From Selaginella moellendorffii (taxonomy: Eukaryota; Plantae; Lycopodiophyta): a DNA stretch of 64,000 nt. A model generated the notes under the pieces. The model was not told where the DNA came from and made no database searches. It saw only the letters and a list, made by a program, of their open reading frames with translations. The translations under genes and the position numbers were made by a program. Shown here piece after piece: positions 61,189 to 64,000 of this stretch. Numbering within the stretch: the first letter of the stretch is position 1; every line of letters begins with the position of its first letter. The stretch spans positions 372,460 to 436,459 of the forward strand of contig NW_003314303.1 in the NCBI RefSeq assembly GCF_000143415.4. Direction: 5' to 3'.

Positions 61189-62187
61189 CTACAAAATATA
61201 TTCCCCTTTCATATTTGATCTTCTATGCTTCACATTTATGGGATCACAAAGTTTCACATTTATGGGATCATACAAAGCCTTGGGTGTTTTGCAATCCTCC
61301 CACACCTTCTCGTCCAGATTGTAACAAAATTCTTGCGAGCTCGTGTCTCCATCTTCCTCACACTCGGCCGGGGTAAAAGCACGAAAGCAAAGGTAGCTTT
61401 TCTTCGACCTGAAATCGAAATGCTGCCGAATGTATGAGACACATACCTCGTCCGCGATGACCTTTTCAGCCTCCAAACGTATTTCGTCTCTTGTAATATC
61501 CCAAATTTTGATCTTTCCTTCGAGATCCTCATCCTCGGTTGCCACCACAAAAAGTTTCTTCTCCCAGACTAGAAGATGGGCTTGCCCTCGCATCCCAATC
61601 GCAGATAAATCCCTAAACAAGAACTCACAAGTTTTGGTATCATAGATCGTCAAGCTCTCTTTATCGATGTTGATCGAGACCACTTTGTCGTCGAAAACCA
61701 CTGGGGTTGATGCCAAGCTCCGAGGCAAACCCTTTTCCTCCACCCAGCAAGATTGCCCACGGGAGAATGTCCAGACCCGGTTATGAAACCCCCACGCCAC
61801 AAGTTTGTAGTATCCCTCGTGACCTTTGATACAAACGCTATCAAACTGCACCATCTCGTCCTGGACCTCGGGGATTGCTTCCCAGCTACCAAGAAAAGGA
61901 TTTCCAATGTAGTATCGCTTGTTGTGTGCGGCAATCACTAGGTTATCTCGAAAGGTGGCGGAGTACATTTCATGTCCTCCCCAATGCATAACCGTGGTGC
62001 TAGAGTCCATGATGATCGCATCCCATGAAATCACGCCACTGTCAGAAAAGAGCTCCGTGAAACTTGGTAAATTTACGAGCTTCCTCCAATGTTTGCATAC
62101 GCTCCTCACCTTGATAACGCCTGAAATAGGAAGCCTTAGAAAGATGGCTTCCAGAACCTCTTCTGGCAGGCACAAGATCCTCTTCAT
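61189..62187 (-). CDS. Intronless F-box protein with a beta-propeller-like C-terminus
   Basis: LPEEVLEAIFLRLPISGVIKVRSVCKHWRKL F-box, and YYIGNPFLGSWEAIP. Confidence 0.85.
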   Translation of the reverse strand: MKRILCLPEEVLEAIFLRLPISGVIKVRSVCKHWRKLVNLPSFTELFSDSGVISWDAIIMDSSTTVMHWGGHEMYSATFRDNLVIAAHNKRYYIGNPFLGSWEAIPEVQDEMVQFDSVCIKGHEGYYKLVAWGFHNRVWTFSRGQSCWVEEKGLPRSLASTPVVFDDKVVSINIDKESLTIYDTKTCEFLFRDLSAIGMRGQAHLLVWEKKLFVVATEDEDLEGKIKIWDITRDEIRLEAEKVIADEVCVSYIRQHFDFRSKKSYLCFRAFTPAECEEDGDTSSQEFCYNLDEKVWEDCKTPKALYDPINVKLCDPINVKHRRSNMKGEYIL

Positions 62188-64000
62188 TATTGAATGGTAC
62201 CCTAACAATCTTTACTTCGTCTTTATATATAACCAAGATTACCTTTTCGTAAACCATGGTTATCATCAAAATAAGATCCGAATATTCACACATAAAATCC
62301 GGTTGGACTATTCAAAGGATAGAGTGGGGTTATAAATCTTTGCACTCCTAGATGCAGTTGTGTTGATTGAGGGGTGTTTAAGAAGTGAGGAGATCTCCAG
62401 CTGAAAGTAACAAGCATTAAAAAAGTTGTAACAAAATGAAACTAAATCTTACCATTCTTGATATTTACACAACTGTCAATCTCCAACTGTTTGTAACTGC
62501 CCTCACATGTCGTTTTATATATATATTCCGTTTTCAGAATTCTTGTGTATGAATTGCTGAGCTTGCATCGGTCAGGAAAGGCAGGGATTTGCATTGGACT
62601 GGAAGACAGCAATCTAAACAAAACACGCAAGCATGCGCACAAACAGTGTTGTGGGGGCGGCAAACGCAAATCAATCGATTCAATGAAAACCCTTCAAGCA
62701 TCATCCGGTCTTTAATAATTCATTCCAATGTGACAAATCCCGCGAAGATGTACACATCGCTCCACATATTCTAGCCTAAACGCACTTATGCTCTTGATTC
62801 TATCTGTCCGTGGAACGTGGGAAACTTCAGTGTGTGTTTGGATGGAACTCCCTGGCGCTTTGCAAATTGCCAGAAAGGCTGCCAATACAAATAAAAAAGT
62901 AGGATGTTGATAGAGTGAAAATGAGTGCTGCCATGCAATGCAATGCTCATGACAACCTTGTGTGTTAGCGATTATTATTCCCTTGCCTTCCATTCTTCCC
63001 AAATCACAATTCTTTTCAATCTCGCAAAATCTCTCAATCCATTCTTTCCATCCCCCAAGTTGGTACAAAAGCAAAGATTCCCCCCTTTCCATTCTCTCCT
63101 TTATTTTTTGTTGCTTGTCACCGACTGTGTGACAATAGTATGAAGAGATATCGAAAAAATAGCTTGGGGATTGGTCCCGTGGACCCATGGGCGGTGCCGG
63201 CGGCCCCACCAACACGGTCCTCCCTGTCAGCATTGCTGACGTGTGACGGGGTCGACTGTTTCCTTTCGTCTCAGGCGCTTTCCAGTTGGGGCATATAGTT
63301 GTGCCCATCAACCTTTTCTTTAAATCAAAAGCGCGATTTCATACTAGAAAATAATTTCATGGTTTCTAAAGTGATAGTTTGCGATTCCATGGGCTGGAAA
63401 TGCAAAGATTCCACATGGTTTTAGAGGTTTTTGTAGAGATGAGGTGGATTAGGTTAGCAGACATTTTGGGTGCGAGCCTTCACATGGGGCCCTCGTGGCA
63501 ATTCCAACACGAATTCTAGTGGCCTTTCTTTTTTCTGAAAATGAGTATTATGCGCTATACAGTGACGGAATATTCGTTGTACTGGATACGATATATATAT
63601 ACGCCTTGCTTGAGGAGAGCTGGAGGTTTCTCTCAGTTTTTTTCATTGATCCATTGAGCGCGCTCGCGAGAGAGAAAAGGCGAGGAAGAAATCGATTAGG
63701 TTCTTCGGTGGCGAGAGAGATCCGGTAGCTCTCGCTTTGGATCGTTGGTCAAAGTTGTGAAGTGGTCGAAGGGAGTTTATGTGCATTCTTCCTGTTGGTT
63801 TTGGTCCGTCTGTGTGGTGGAGTGTATCGTCTGTGCTCTGCATTTTTTAGGAGCCAGGTCTATCTTGATCCACCGCTGGAAATTCTTTGATCCGCGATTG
63901 CGCTGCCTCGAGGCATCGCTCGCGCCAGTTTTGCTTTTTGCATATATCTTTCTTTCCCTCCTGGGATTGTTTGACAGACCCCGGGGTTTTGCGTTTCGAT

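Noticed and set aside
62400-64000. 199-aa minus-strand ORF (62712-63311) and possible ncRNA
   Set aside because: No domain or RNA-family signature; looks like the promoter or 5' UTR of a gene beyond the window.

Overview
Eukaryotic, land-plant nuclear DNA. The very short introns (about 40-60 nt), compact gene spacing and abundant PLS-class PPR debris point to the lycophyte Selaginella, which is an inference. 1-12.2 kb: a decayed endonuclease-encoding rolling-circle element (Helentron/Helitron2-like Rep-Pif1-APE). A complete 5.0-kb Ty3/gypsy LTR retrotransposon has inserted into it (174-bp LTRs, ATAT target duplication, tRNA-Ala-type PBS, -1 frameshift slippery site plus pseudoknot). 12.2-24.6 kb: a CYP71-clan P450, then a duplicated accessory zone with kinase, aminotransferase and PPR remnants and two trypsin-fold genes. 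24.8-40.2 kb: DUF1218, a BAR-like plus EF-hand gene, callose synthase, a DnaJ-type Zn-finger gene, a chimeric rearranged block and plastid pyruvate dehydrogenase E1-beta copy 1. 42.6-49.6 kb: two tandem Fic/Doc-domain genes between duplicated PPR remnants. One is spliced, has an intact HPFRDGNGRVSR motif that the ORF track misses, and sits behind a tandem mini-exon array. The other is intronless with a degenerate motif. This pair is the best candidate for an undescribed system. 50-64 kb: PDH E1-beta copy 2, an F-box-like gene, a MATE transporter with a GC-AG intron, tRNA-Cys, an atypical plant-type PEPC lacking SIDAQ, and an F-box gene. All gene models were spliced by eye and no database searches were run.
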